From: Nitrospirota bacterium
GTDB lineage: Bacteria; Nitrospirota; Thermodesulfovibrionia; Thermodesulfovibrionales; Dissulfurispiraceae
Assembly: GCA_963790025.1 (NCBI GenBank)
Contig: CAWBMP010000002.1
Span: 96,001 to 160,000 of the forward strand
Length of the DNA stretch: 64,000 nt
Direction: 5' to 3'
In this document: positions 36,078-45,503 of the stretch, one piece after another
Numbering within the stretch: position 1 is the stretch's first letter
How the letters are laid out: each line of letters starts with the position of its first letter
The notes under the pieces: generated by a model
The model's database searches: none
Told to the model about the DNA's origin: nothing
Seen by the model: the letters and a program-made list of their open reading frames with translations, nothing else
Made by a program: the position numbers and the translations under genes

Positions 36078-38522
36078 ATGGCTAAATTTTACAAGGCCGA
36101 TCTTCATGTACATTCGAGCCATTCCAACAAGCCCGCCATCTGGGCGCTCAGAAAGTTCAATTGTCCCGAAAGCTACACATCTCCAATGTACATTTATAAT
36201 ACCGCCAGGAAGAAGGAGATGGATTATGTGACCATAACAGACCATAACTCCATAAACGGCGCCCTCGAAATAGCCCATCTCCCCGGTGCCTTCATAAGCA
36301 CCGAAATAACGACGTACCTCCCCGACGACGGTAGCAAACTGCATACAGTCGTCCTGGACATTAATAAAGACATTTTTAACGACCTGATGCATTTGAGGAA
36401 GAATATTTATGACCTCGTAGGATACCTCCAGCAGCACAATATCGTGCATTATATTGCCCACCCTCTTTACGACATGAACGGGCGGGTTTCAGTTGTAACG
36501 ATAGAAAAGCTTCTCCTTCTGTTTGAGGTATTTGAGACTAAAAACGGCTCGAGGGCCAAACGCTACGGAAGATTGATTGCCAACGTGCTCTCATCGCTTA
36601 CGCCGGAGAAGATGGAACAACTTGCAAATAAACACGGCATCGTCCCCTACGGCAAAACACCCTGGATAAAGTCTGTTGTTGCCGGGTCCGACGATCACAG
36701 CGGTTTCTTTATTGGAAGGGCCCACACTGTCTCGAAAAACGGCGAGACCCTTAAAGATTTTGTCATGTCGATCAAAGAGCAAAAGACATGGGCCGCCGGT
36801 GACGACGGCGATGCGCTGACCCTCGCCCACAGCATTTACGGTGTAGGATACCGCTTCTTCAAGGAACGCCTTGAAACGAAGAAAGGTAATTCCTTTCCCT
36901 TTATCACCGCGCTGTTAAACAGGGTGTTCAGCGGGGACCAGGGTAAATCATCGCTTTTCGATAAGATCAATCTTCTTATCAGAAAGAACATCCCCGAGTT
37001 GTATAGCGGGTATGACGGCAAGACATTTGAAGAAATCCTCGACCGTGAGGCCAGACTATTGCTGAACGATGCCAAATTCCTGCAAACCATCAGCTCGGGC
37101 AGCATAAACAGGAAGGTGTTTACTGTGACAAGCTATCTTGCAAACAGGCTGATATACATATACACCGAGCGATTGACCAAAATACATCTGTCAAATGGCA
37201 TACTTAGTATCGCAAATTCGTTGAGTACCATAGGCTTCGTTCATCTCCTCGCCTCTCCTTATTATGTTTCCTTCCATCACCAGCACAGAAGCAAGCAGTT
37301 GATGAAGTCCCTTGAAGAGGCGTTCCTGCCGGGCGGCAAATCCGGAGCAAAACAGAAGATCGCACTCTTTACCGATACGCTTCATGAAATAAACGGCGTT
37401 GCCATTACAATAAAACGACTTCTCGAGACAGCAAGAAAGCAGGGCATAGAGTTCGTGGTCATCACTTCGACCCATGAGGAAACAGGCCACAAAGAAGGCG
37501 TAATGAACTTTAAATCGATCGGCGACTTCGCGCTCCCCGAATATCCGGACCTCAAACTCCACTTCCCTCCTATTCTCGATATCATCGATTACTTCGAAAG
37601 GGAAGAATTCACCAGAATACATGTGAGCACGCCGGGCACGCTCGGGCTCCTCTCCCTTTTCATTGCCAAGCTTATGGATATTCCGATATCCGGCACCTAT
37701 CACACCGACATCCCCCAATACGTGAAGAGTCTCACCAATGATACCTTTCTGGAGAATGTTGCCTGGAATTACATGATATGGTTTTACAATCTTCTTGAAG
37801 AGGTGATGGTCCCCTCTTCAAGCACCAGACAGCAGCTCATACAAAACGGGCTCGATGCCGGAAAAGCGAAACCGCTGCCCAGATGGGTAGATACTGATAT
37901 TTTTTCTCCTGCAAAGAAAGATCCTTACCTCTGGCGCAGATACGGGTTGGATGATTCGGTCAAATTCCTTTATGTGGGACGGGTTTCACGAGAGAAGAAT
38001 CTCGAGGTCCTGGCCCGGTCTTTTATGGCTGTTATTGATGCCGGAAATATTTGCGATCTCATTGTTGCAGGTGACGGCCCTTACAGAAAAGAGCTTGAAG
38101 AACTGCTGGAAGGTTATCCGGTGCTGTTCACCGGTTTTTTGTCTGGTGAAGAATTGCATGCCACATATGCGTCATCTGATGTCTTTCTTTTTCCGAGCAC
38201 TACGGACACCTTCGGCAATGTCGTGCTTGAGGCACAGGCATCCGGCCTGCCTGTTATTGTATCCGACGAAGGGGGACCGAAAGAGCTGATAGTAAATGGC
38301 AAAACGGGTCTGGTCGTAAAGGCCCACAGCAGCCAGGCGCTGATTAATGCCATGACCTTCTTCGTGAACGACAGACGCAGTATATCCCAAATGGGGATGG
38401 AAGCGCGCTATTTCACCGAAACTAACGGAATCCATGCCGACGAAGCATACTGTACTATTCTGCGGAGCAATATCATGAACGAAGAGTCATGTCCTGCACA
38501 AGAAAGCCGGGTATGGGTATAA
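36078..38522 (+). CDS. PHP-family phosphoesterase fused to GT4 glycosyltransferase
   Basis: PHP: 'DLHVHS', 'ITDHN', 'AHP', 'GSDDH'. GT4: 'KIALFTDT..EINGVA', 'YVGRVSREKNL', 'FPSTTDTFGNVVLEAQASGLPV'. Confidence 0.9.
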   Translation: MAKFYKADLHVHSSHSNKPAIWALRKFNCPESYTSPMYIYNTARKKEMDYVTITDHNSINGALEIAHLPGAFISTEITTYLPDDGSKLHTVVLDINKDIFNDLMHLRKNIYDLVGYLQQHNIVHYIAHPLYDMNGRVSVVTIEKLLLLFEVFETKNGSRAKRYGRLIANVLSSLTPEKMEQLANKHGIVPYGKTPWIKSVVAGSDDHSGFFIGRAHTVSKNGETLKDFVMSIKEQKTWAAGDDGDALTLAHSIYGVGYRFFKERLETKKGNSFPFITALLNRVFSGDQGKSSLFDKINLLIRKNIPELYSGYDGKTFEEILDREARLLLNDAKFLQTISSGSINRKVFTVTSYLANRLIYIYTERLTKIHLSNGILSIANSLSTIGFVHLLASPYYVSFHHQHRSKQLMKSLEEAFLPGGKSGAKQKIALFTDTLHEINGVAITIKRLLETARKQGIEFVVITSTHEETGHKEGVMNFKSIGDFALPEYPDLKLHFPPILDIIDYFEREEFTRIHVSTPGTLGLLSLFIAKLMDIPISGTYHTDIPQYVKSLTNDTFLENVAWNYMIWFYNLLEEVMVPSSSTRQQLIQNGLDAGKAKPLPRWVDTDIFSPAKKDPYLWRRYGLDDSVKFLYVGRVSREKNLEVLARSFMAVIDAGNICDLIVAGDGPYRKELEELLEGYPVLFTGFLSGEELHATYASSDVFLFPSTTDTFGNVVLEAQASGLPVIVSDEGGPKELIVNGKTGLVVKAHSSQALINAMTFFVNDRRSISQMGMEARYFTETNGIHADEAYCTILRSNIMNEESCPAQESRVWV

Positions 38523-39760
38523 GACATATTCTTTTCCCGCTTCTGGGCAAAAGGGTGCCCGGGCAAGTTATCATCCAGTATACCGACAAATGTAATGCAC
38601 GATGTCCCCAGTGCGGCATGAGAGTTACGGAACTGTTCAGACGCTCGACACTTGAGCGCGATACAGTCAAAAAAATGATAGACCATGCTGCAGATAACGG
38701 TGTTAATGCCCTTTCCTTCACCGGGGGAGAGCCGTTTCTCTTCTTTGATGACATTATGGAACTTGTCAGGTATGCGGGCGATGCCGGAATAAAATACACG
38801 AGGACCGGCACCAATGGTTTTATGTTTATGCATTCCGACAGACCTGACTTCAAATCACGGATAAGGCGGATTGCCGAGGGCATTGCCGCAGCGGGGCTCT
38901 ATACGTTTTGGATAAGCGTCGATTCCGCCGTACCTCTTTTGCATGAACAAATGCGGGGACTCCCGGGAGTTATTGAGGGCATAGAAAAGGCGCTGCCTAT
39001 ATTTAGCGAATATGGGATCTATCCTTCCGCCAACCTCGGCATAAACAGGAATACCGGCGGAGTTTTTCAACCGGCAGCAGCAGAAGCAAGCTCCGAACAG
39101 CTTTACGACTCATTTAAAAAAGCGTTTGAAAAATTTTACAGTGCTGTAATCGATCTGGGATTTACAATAGTCAATGCCTGTTATCCCATGAGCATTGGCG
39201 CGGATGAAGCAGGCGAGCTGAATGCAGTATATGGAGCAACCTCCGCGGCCTCGCTCATACAGTTCAACAGGCGGGAGCGTGCCATTGTATTCAAGGCACT
39301 TTTTGATACTATACCGGCTTACAGATCAAAGGTGCGGATATTCTCGCCGAAGACCTCTCTTTATTCACTTGTCAGGCAATATACAGCAGATGAGGCATAC
39401 AGCTATTCCTGCCGGGGCGGTATTGAATTCTTTTTTGTCAACGCAAGTGACGGCAATACCTATCCATGCGGCTACCGGGGGACAGACAATCTGGGCAAAT
39501 TCTGGGAGCTTGACTTCGGGAAGCTCGATAAAAAAACTGAATGCAGAAGATGTGACTGGGAGTGCTTCAGGGACCCGTCTGAACTGTTCGGCCCTCTGCT
39601 TTCGCTTTTCGGTAATCCGGCATTCTTTTTCAAACGTGTTATCACGGATACATCGTATGTTAAGTTATGGATCGAGGACCTTCGATATTTTGCCGCCTGC
39701 AATTTCTTCGATGGAAGAAGCGCACCGGATTATAAAAAAATGTCAGGTTTTGGACTATAA
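38513..39760 (+). CDS. Radical SAM protein with SPASM/twitch-like C-terminus
   Basis: CNARCPQC, 'FTGGEP', 'CRGG...YPCGY...CRRCDWEC'. Confidence 0.9.
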   Translation: MGIRHILFPLLGKRVPGQVIIQYTDKCNARCPQCGMRVTELFRRSTLERDTVKKMIDHAADNGVNALSFTGGEPFLFFDDIMELVRYAGDAGIKYTRTGTNGFMFMHSDRPDFKSRIRRIAEGIAAAGLYTFWISVDSAVPLLHEQMRGLPGVIEGIEKALPIFSEYGIYPSANLGINRNTGGVFQPAAAEASSEQLYDSFKKAFEKFYSAVIDLGFTIVNACYPMSIGADEAGELNAVYGATSAASLIQFNRRERAIVFKALFDTIPAYRSKVRIFSPKTSLYSLVRQYTADEAYSYSCRGGIEFFFVNASDGNTYPCGYRGTDNLGKFWELDFGKLDKKTECRRCDWECFRDPSELFGPLLSLFGNPAFFFKRVITDTSYVKLWIEDLRYFAACNFFDGRSAPDYKKMSGFGL

Positions 39761-39791
39761 CTTGGGAGTGCACGCATTCTCATCGAAATAC

Positions 39792-40451
39792 ATGTATTCG
39801 TTTTGTGCCTTTTTATTGGTCTTTACATTGTCGCCTGCTGCAAAGGCTGCGGACGGCCGCGACATTGCGGTCGGTTTTGACGGCGCGGTAGAAAACAACG
39901 GCATACCCAGGGCGTGGAAACTCACCATTAATTCAGGGCACGCAGATGCGGACGTTGTCAACAGGAACAATATGAACATTCTGCACATCAAGTGCATAGA
40001 TTCCTCATTTTCTTTAGAGCATATAGTGCCGGTTGATCCGGCTGATTACAACTCTATCATCTGGACTTGGAAAGCGGTACGGCTGCCGGAATCCGGTGAT
40101 GTACGCAAAAAAAGGCGCAACGATCAGGCTCTCCAACTGCTCGTCGGTTTTGAAAATAAAAAAGTACTCAGTTATGTCTGGGACACCAACGCCCCGGAAG
40201 GGACTGTAGCTCATGAGCACGTCATGTGGCCGATCAGCGTGTCGATTGCAGTTATCGTAGTGGAGTCGGGTGCCGCCAACCTGGGTAAATGGGTGACCCA
40301 GACTAGAAATATCTACGAGGATTACGAGAAATTTTTCAACGAACAGCCCCCTCGCGTCAAGGGTGTGAGGGTCCAGTCGAATACGCAGCATACAAGGGAT
40401 ACCGCCGAAGGATATGTGCGGGACATTATTTTCAGCAGATCGTCGCAGTAG
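39792..40451 (+). CDS. Secreted DUF3047-like protein
   Basis: Signal peptide ending 'AAKA'; 'WTWKA..LP..GD.R', 'LSYVWD', 'W...RNIYEDY'. True start is far downstream of the ORF-track start (39222). Confidence 0.72.
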   Translation: MYSFCAFLLVFTLSPAAKAADGRDIAVGFDGAVENNGIPRAWKLTINSGHADADVVNRNNMNILHIKCIDSSFSLEHIVPVDPADYNSIIWTWKAVRLPESGDVRKKRRNDQALQLLVGFENKKVLSYVWDTNAPEGTVAHEHVMWPISVSIAVIVVESGAANLGKWVTQTRNIYEDYEKFFNEQPPRVKGVRVQSNTQHTRDTAEGYVRDIIFSRSSQ

Positions 40452-40542
40452 AACACGACATAGCCGTTGACTTTTTTATTCCGTTCAATAACAATTAGCT
40501 GATGAAACTCTGCATTCCCGTCACATTTGCAGCCTGACAGTC

Positions 40543-42231
40543 ATGAAAAGAAACATACAGTTCTTAGTCATTTTCGTGCTGACAGTGCTCACTGTCCTGC
40601 TGCTGTATGCATTCCGCAGTATGGATGACAACCGGCTGACGAGCTGGGAATCTGTATTCGGCGCAGTAAGCATTGTCCGTATAATCGCCCTCCTCGTGCC
40701 CGGCGGCATTCTGGCTTTTATGCTTTCAAAAAGTCCGCTGCCGGAGCGTTACCCCGTACTTTTTCTTTTCGTCGTGTCTTTTGCCGCTGCTGCCCTGCTC
40801 TGGAAAGAGCCGGAAATGAACGTAGATGCCTCACGGTATTTCACACAGGCCAAACATCTTGAACTCTATGGGGCCGGCTACTTCCTGGGAGAATGGGGAA
40901 AGACTATCGGGGCCTGGACAGACCTGCCGTTAATTCCTTTTATCTTTGGGCTTGCCTTCAGATGCCTGGGCGAAGCTAGAATATGTGTCCAGGTGATTAC
41001 AACACTCCTCTTTTCGTTCACCGTTGTGCTCACCTGTCTGATCGGCAAAACTCTCTGGGACAGGGAAACCGGTTTCTATGGCGGCATGTTCCTGCTCGGC
41101 ATCCCCTATCTTTTAACACAGGTGCCGCTTATGCTTGTGGATACTTCGACAATGTTCTTCTTCGCCCTTGCCGTATTTGTGTTTATTAGAGCGCTCGATC
41201 GGGGGGGGGGCTGGGTCCCGGCCTCATCCGCAGCCCTGTTTCTGGTCATTTTTTCCAAATATTCAGCGTGGCTGATGCTCTCTTTATTTATTATTATTGC
41301 GGCAGTGCGACTGTTTCAGGCTTACCGTACGCCTGGTGAGGTCCCGCTCAAGGGCTGCTGCTTCCGCATCATTGTCCCGTTCCTGACTGCTGCGCTTGCC
41401 GCCGGAGCCGTAATGCTCTTCAGATATGATGTCATCTCCTCAAACATAGAACTCCTTTTTTCTTTTCAAAGACCGGGGCTCAGAAGATGGGGAGAAAGCT
41501 TTGTCTCCACATTCCTGTTTCAGGTGCATCCATTTATTACCGCAGCCGCAGTTCTCTCCTTTTACAGTGCCTGGAGAAAAAGGGACCCTAAGCACCTGAT
41601 CATAAGCTGGCTCATAGTGCTCATCATCGCGCTCAGGATCGAACGGATACGCTATACAATAATCGCATTCCCCATGCTTTCTCTCATGGCCGCATACGGG
41701 CTCAATACCATTAAGGACAGAGGACTGAAAAGGTGCGTCGCTTTTTCGGCAGCAAGCTGTTCACTCATCCTCGCGGTTTTTGCCTATCTTCCCTTTCTGC
41801 AACAGACAAGCGCTCAGAATTTGAAAAATTCCGGGGCATTCCTCAATACTCTTCCTGGAAAAGACATCGAAGTAGTGACACTCCCCCGAAAAGACGACGA
41901 AGTCAATATAGCTGTTTTCGTACCTCTCCTCGATATTTTTACCGACAAGAAAATTCATTACGACTATGATCTTGACTATGCTCCACCGCCTGCAGAAATT
42001 GCGGTGTCTCCATTCCGCTTCAGCTGGATATATAGAAACCCGGCATATTATGCTGAAAATTATAGTGACATGGCTTATTCCTATGCCGCTGTTACAGTCA
42101 TTGCAGGAGAGCCGATATCCGCGCTTCCCGAAGAAGTCGCGTGGAAGGTGAGAAAATTCAGAAACTCAAAGTCCTTCTCTGTCCAGGATGATGTTTTCGA
42201 TCACCAGACGCTGGTCATTGTATATTACTAA
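40543..42231 (+). CDS. GT-C fold membrane glycosyltransferase (ArnT/PMT, GT39-like)
   Basis: Many TM helices; 'DASRYF', 'DLPL.P', 'MLVD', 'SKYS', 'RY'. Confidence 0.75.
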   Translation: MKRNIQFLVIFVLTVLTVLLLYAFRSMDDNRLTSWESVFGAVSIVRIIALLVPGGILAFMLSKSPLPERYPVLFLFVVSFAAAALLWKEPEMNVDASRYFTQAKHLELYGAGYFLGEWGKTIGAWTDLPLIPFIFGLAFRCLGEARICVQVITTLLFSFTVVLTCLIGKTLWDRETGFYGGMFLLGIPYLLTQVPLMLVDTSTMFFFALAVFVFIRALDRGGGWVPASSAALFLVIFSKYSAWLMLSLFIIIAAVRLFQAYRTPGEVPLKGCCFRIIVPFLTAALAAGAVMLFRYDVISSNIELLFSFQRPGLRRWGESFVSTFLFQVHPFITAAAVLSFYSAWRKRDPKHLIISWLIVLIIALRIERIRYTIIAFPMLSLMAAYGLNTIKDRGLKRCVAFSAASCSLILAVFAYLPFLQQTSAQNLKNSGAFLNTLPGKDIEVVTLPRKDDEVNIAVFVPLLDIFTDKKIHYDYDLDYAPPPAEIAVSPFRFSWIYRNPAYYAENYSDMAYSYAAVTVIAGEPISALPEEVAWKVRKFRNSKSFSVQDDVFDHQTLVIVYY

Positions 42232-42478
42232 TCACAAAAGGACCTTTGGCAGCGAGCCTCACTACATCGAGCATACTGCACAGAAAAAAATATCATCCCA
42301 TGCTTCCATCCGTTTACCACTCTCCCTATCTCTACTGCTACCGCTGCTGCTTCGGTCAGAAACCGGAAACATGCGGTCTCGACTGCTAAGAGTATCTTGA
42401 AAGGCTCTTCCGGCATCTTGTCCCGGCTGAGGAGGTTGCGTGCATCATCGAAGTCCGCGACACCCGTCACCCACTGCG

Positions 42479-42508
42479 TTGACAAAATAAAAGCTCTATT
42501 TCTATACT
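42479..42508 (+). promoter_or_regulatory. Sigma70-like promoter for yeeE-citrate synthase
   Basis: TTGACA-N18-TATACT. Confidence 0.6.
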
Positions 42509-42533
42509 AGTGTGAAAAAAAAGAGCTCGGAGG

Positions 42534-43619
42534 ATGATGGCAATGGAAGAAACTGTGACACAAAGTGTAACCCTCGGCTTTATTCTTTCGGGGTTGTTAT
42601 GCGGAGGGTTTGTAGGGCTTATCCTGCAACGCGGCAGATTTTGCATGAACTCTGCATTCAGGGATTGCATTTTTATCCAGGATTATACACTGTTCCGCGG
42701 CTTCCTTATTGCCCTGGCTGTCATGGTCGTCGGTTCGAATCTCCTTAATGATATGGGATTGATCCAGCTGAAAAGCCAGACCTTTTATCCACTGGCGAAT
42801 ATCATCGGCGGCTATCTTTTCGGCATGGGCATGGTTCTGGCGAGCGGATGCGGAAGCGGTATTGTATACAAAGGCGGTGAAGGGCAGCTCGCAGCCATCA
42901 TCGGCGTTATCTTCTTTTTCCTCGGCATCGGGGCTACCAATTACGGCGTTTTAAACCCTCTCTATGTGGCACTAAGAAGCGTTACATATGAAATTGGCGG
43001 GAAGACCAATACTACTTTATGGGAGCTTTTCGGCGACGGAATGGCGGTCAAGTGGACAGTAATCATCATTTTTGCGTTGTTTTTATTCGTCATGACGCTC
43101 CAGGATAAACCATTTCGCATGGGGAAACAGAAAGGATTTTATTGGTCGGTGACAGGCCTGCTGCTGGGGATCGCAGGGCTGCTCACCTTTTGGGCCTCCG
43201 AACACTGGGGCGGCGGCTTTGCGCGCGGAATGAACTTCACCACTCCTACCGGTGAACTCGGATTTACACTACTCACGGGTAATGCAAAATCACGGTTCTT
43301 CCCAATGTTTGACCTGGGGTTGTTCAAGGTCACCTGGGGCGAATTCTTTGTTCTTGGTGTTCCCCTCGGTGCATATATCAGCGCCAAAATTTTAAAGGAA
43401 TTTTCATGGAAAGTCCCTTCGGCAAGCGAACTCCTTACGGTAATCGGCGGAAGTCTGCTGATGGGATTCAGTGCTTCGGTAGCAGGAGGTTGTAATATAG
43501 GTCAGGGACTTACAGGGTCATCAACTCTATCTCTTGGCAGCCTGGCGTCAATTATTGCGATGGTCCTCGGCAACTGGACAATGGTCTATTTCAAATTTAT
43601 CAAACCGATGCAGGACTAA
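42534..43619 (+). CDS. YeeE/YedE-family sulfur (thiosulfate) transporter
   Basis: 'QRGRFCMNSAFRD', 'GMVLASGCGSG', 'AGGCNIGQG'. Confidence 0.9.
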   Translation: MMAMEETVTQSVTLGFILSGLLCGGFVGLILQRGRFCMNSAFRDCIFIQDYTLFRGFLIALAVMVVGSNLLNDMGLIQLKSQTFYPLANIIGGYLFGMGMVLASGCGSGIVYKGGEGQLAAIIGVIFFFLGIGATNYGVLNPLYVALRSVTYEIGGKTNTTLWELFGDGMAVKWTVIIIFALFLFVMTLQDKPFRMGKQKGFYWSVTGLLLGIAGLLTFWASEHWGGGFARGMNFTTPTGELGFTLLTGNAKSRFFPMFDLGLFKVTWGEFFVLGVPLGAYISAKILKEFSWKVPSASELLTVIGGSLLMGFSASVAGGCNIGQGLTGSSTLSLGSLASIIAMVLGNWTMVYFKFIKPMQD

Positions 43620-43653
43620 TAAAAAACAGGATGGGGGAATAGAGGAATTGCTC

Positions 43654-45006
43654 ATGGACAACGTATTAAAAAAAGTTGAAGCGCTCGCTTTGCAGCATGA
43701 CAGGCTCGACCCGAAAATCATAAAAGAAAGAAATATCAAGCTGGGCCTCAGAAATGAAGACGGCACCGGTGTTTTTGTCGGCATAACGAGCAAGGGCCAG
43801 GTAATGGGGTATGAGAAAATCATCTCCAGTGACGGCACTGCAAAAGTCCATCCTATTCCGGGAAAGCTGTTCTACTGCGGCTATGATGTTGGGGACCTTG
43901 TTGCCGGAAAAGAGCAGGAGGACCGGTTCGGGTTCGATGAGACAGTCTATCTTCTCCTGACCGGCGAACTGCCCTCTGAAGAGGACCTGAAGGGCTTTTC
44001 CCATGAGCTTGCCCTGAGGCGGTCGCTCCCGAAAGAAGTAAAAGAGATGATCCTGAGCGCCCCGCAGCACGACGACCAAATGGGCTCGTTGCATACGATC
44101 ATATCCGCAATGCATCTGTTCGATAAACACCCTAACTCAATGGACATGAAGGATGTTACCCGTCAGTGCATCGATCTGATAGCGAAGTTCCCCACCATCA
44201 TAGCGTACAACTATCAGAAAACGCTTATGAAAAAGAGATCTATGAGAAAACTGCTCGAACCGGACTATAATCTGGGCACCGCGGCTAATTTCTTGTATAT
44301 GCTCTCGGGCAACAGGCCCGACAAAGCAACTGCGGAATTATTCGATACTATGCTCATATTTCATGCCGAACACGGCGGCGGCAATAACTCCACGTTTTCG
44401 ACACGATGCGTCTCATCCTCCGGCGCCAATACCTACATGGCTATCTGCGCGGGTATCGGCTCGCTTTCCGGCCATCTCCACGGCGGCGCTAACGAAGCGG
44501 TGGTAAGAATGATGGATGACATTAAACGCAAAGTCCTGAACTGGGAAGACGACAAAGAAATTGCTAATTACATCTCACAAATCCTTGGAAATGAGGCGGG
44601 GGACAAAAGCGGTAAAATTTATGGCCTCGGCCATGCGGTCTATACCATATCGGACCCGCGTGCCGTATATCTGGAAAAACGGGCAGGCGGACTTGCCGAG
44701 GCGGTCGGCAGGGAAAAGGAATTCGGATTATATAAGAAAGTAGCGGAACTTGCTCCTCAGCTCGTAAAAGAGAAGAAGGGGAAAGTCGTTTGTACGAATG
44801 TCGATTTCTACTCGGGATTTGTCTACCAGTGCATGGGAATTCCGAAAGAACTGTTTACTCCTATTTTTGCCCTGGCCAGAGTATCAGGCTGGTGCGCACA
44901 CAGGATAGAAGAGATGATCCAGGGAAGAATAATAAGGCCTTCCTATGTGTCGTCACTCAAGGGAACTCACAAGTACTTACCCTTGCATAAACGCAAAACA
45001 GAATAG
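43654..45006 (+). CDS. gltA: Citrate synthase
   Basis: 'GLRNEDGTGV', 'AEHGGGNNSTF', 'HGGAN', 'GLGHAVY..SDPR', 'NVDFYSG'. Confidence 0.92.
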   Translation: MDNVLKKVEALALQHDRLDPKIIKERNIKLGLRNEDGTGVFVGITSKGQVMGYEKIISSDGTAKVHPIPGKLFYCGYDVGDLVAGKEQEDRFGFDETVYLLLTGELPSEEDLKGFSHELALRRSLPKEVKEMILSAPQHDDQMGSLHTIISAMHLFDKHPNSMDMKDVTRQCIDLIAKFPTIIAYNYQKTLMKKRSMRKLLEPDYNLGTAANFLYMLSGNRPDKATAELFDTMLIFHAEHGGGNNSTFSTRCVSSSGANTYMAICAGIGSLSGHLHGGANEAVVRMMDDIKRKVLNWEDDKEIANYISQILGNEAGDKSGKIYGLGHAVYTISDPRAVYLEKRAGGLAEAVGREKEFGLYKKVAELAPQLVKEKKGKVVCTNVDFYSGFVYQCMGIPKELFTPIFALARVSGWCAHRIEEMIQGRIIRPSYVSSLKGTHKYLPLHKRKTE

Positions 45007-45023
45007 TTATTTAGTATAGTTGA

Positions 45024-45275
45024 TCACAGACCGAGAGCCTCCCTGATTTCCTTTTCGCTGAATCCGACAATTACCTTATCTCCTATAATTATGGTCGGGA
45101 ATGAACATCTGGGGTTGATTTTTTTTATCCTTTCAAGAATTGCACGGCTCTCTTCCTCAGTCAGCAAATCCACATCCGTGAAATCATATTTTATTGAACA
45201 ATCCGACATCAATTTTTTTGCAGCATTGCAGTGGCAGCAGGTGCTAAGAGTATACATCGTTACGGATTGCATCAT
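45024..45275 (-). CDS. Glutaredoxin/NrdH-like protein (CCHC)
   Basis: 'YTLSTCCHCNAAK', 'SFPTIII...IVGF'. Confidence 0.85.
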   Translation of the reverse strand: MMQSVTMYTLSTCCHCNAAKKLMSDCSIKYDFTDVDLLTEEESRAILERIKKINPRCSFPTIIIGDKVIVGFSEKEIREALGL

Positions 45276-45503
45276 ATGTTCTCCTTCTCCTCAAGTCTTC
45301 AAAACATTTTAGCACAGACAGAGGCAATTTTATGTCACATTAGTCTGTACAATTTCACTAAAGGGCGATATACTTTTATTACGGTACAATCCAATAGCGA
45401 CCGCCATTTTTCAAGGGCAAAGTGATCCTCACCCATTTTATGGTCTACGTTGATTAGATGAATAATGAGCATGTTACGGCAAAACTGGGGATAGTAGACG
45501 GCC

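Noticed and set aside
39222..39791. N-terminal half of the 409-aa ORF
   Set aside because: Overlaps the radical SAM gene in another frame; the signal peptide indicates a start near 39792.
42228..42485. 85-aa minus-strand ORF
   Set aside because: TTG start lies in the yeeE -35 box, there is no RBS or motif, and part of it is degenerate hexamer repeat.
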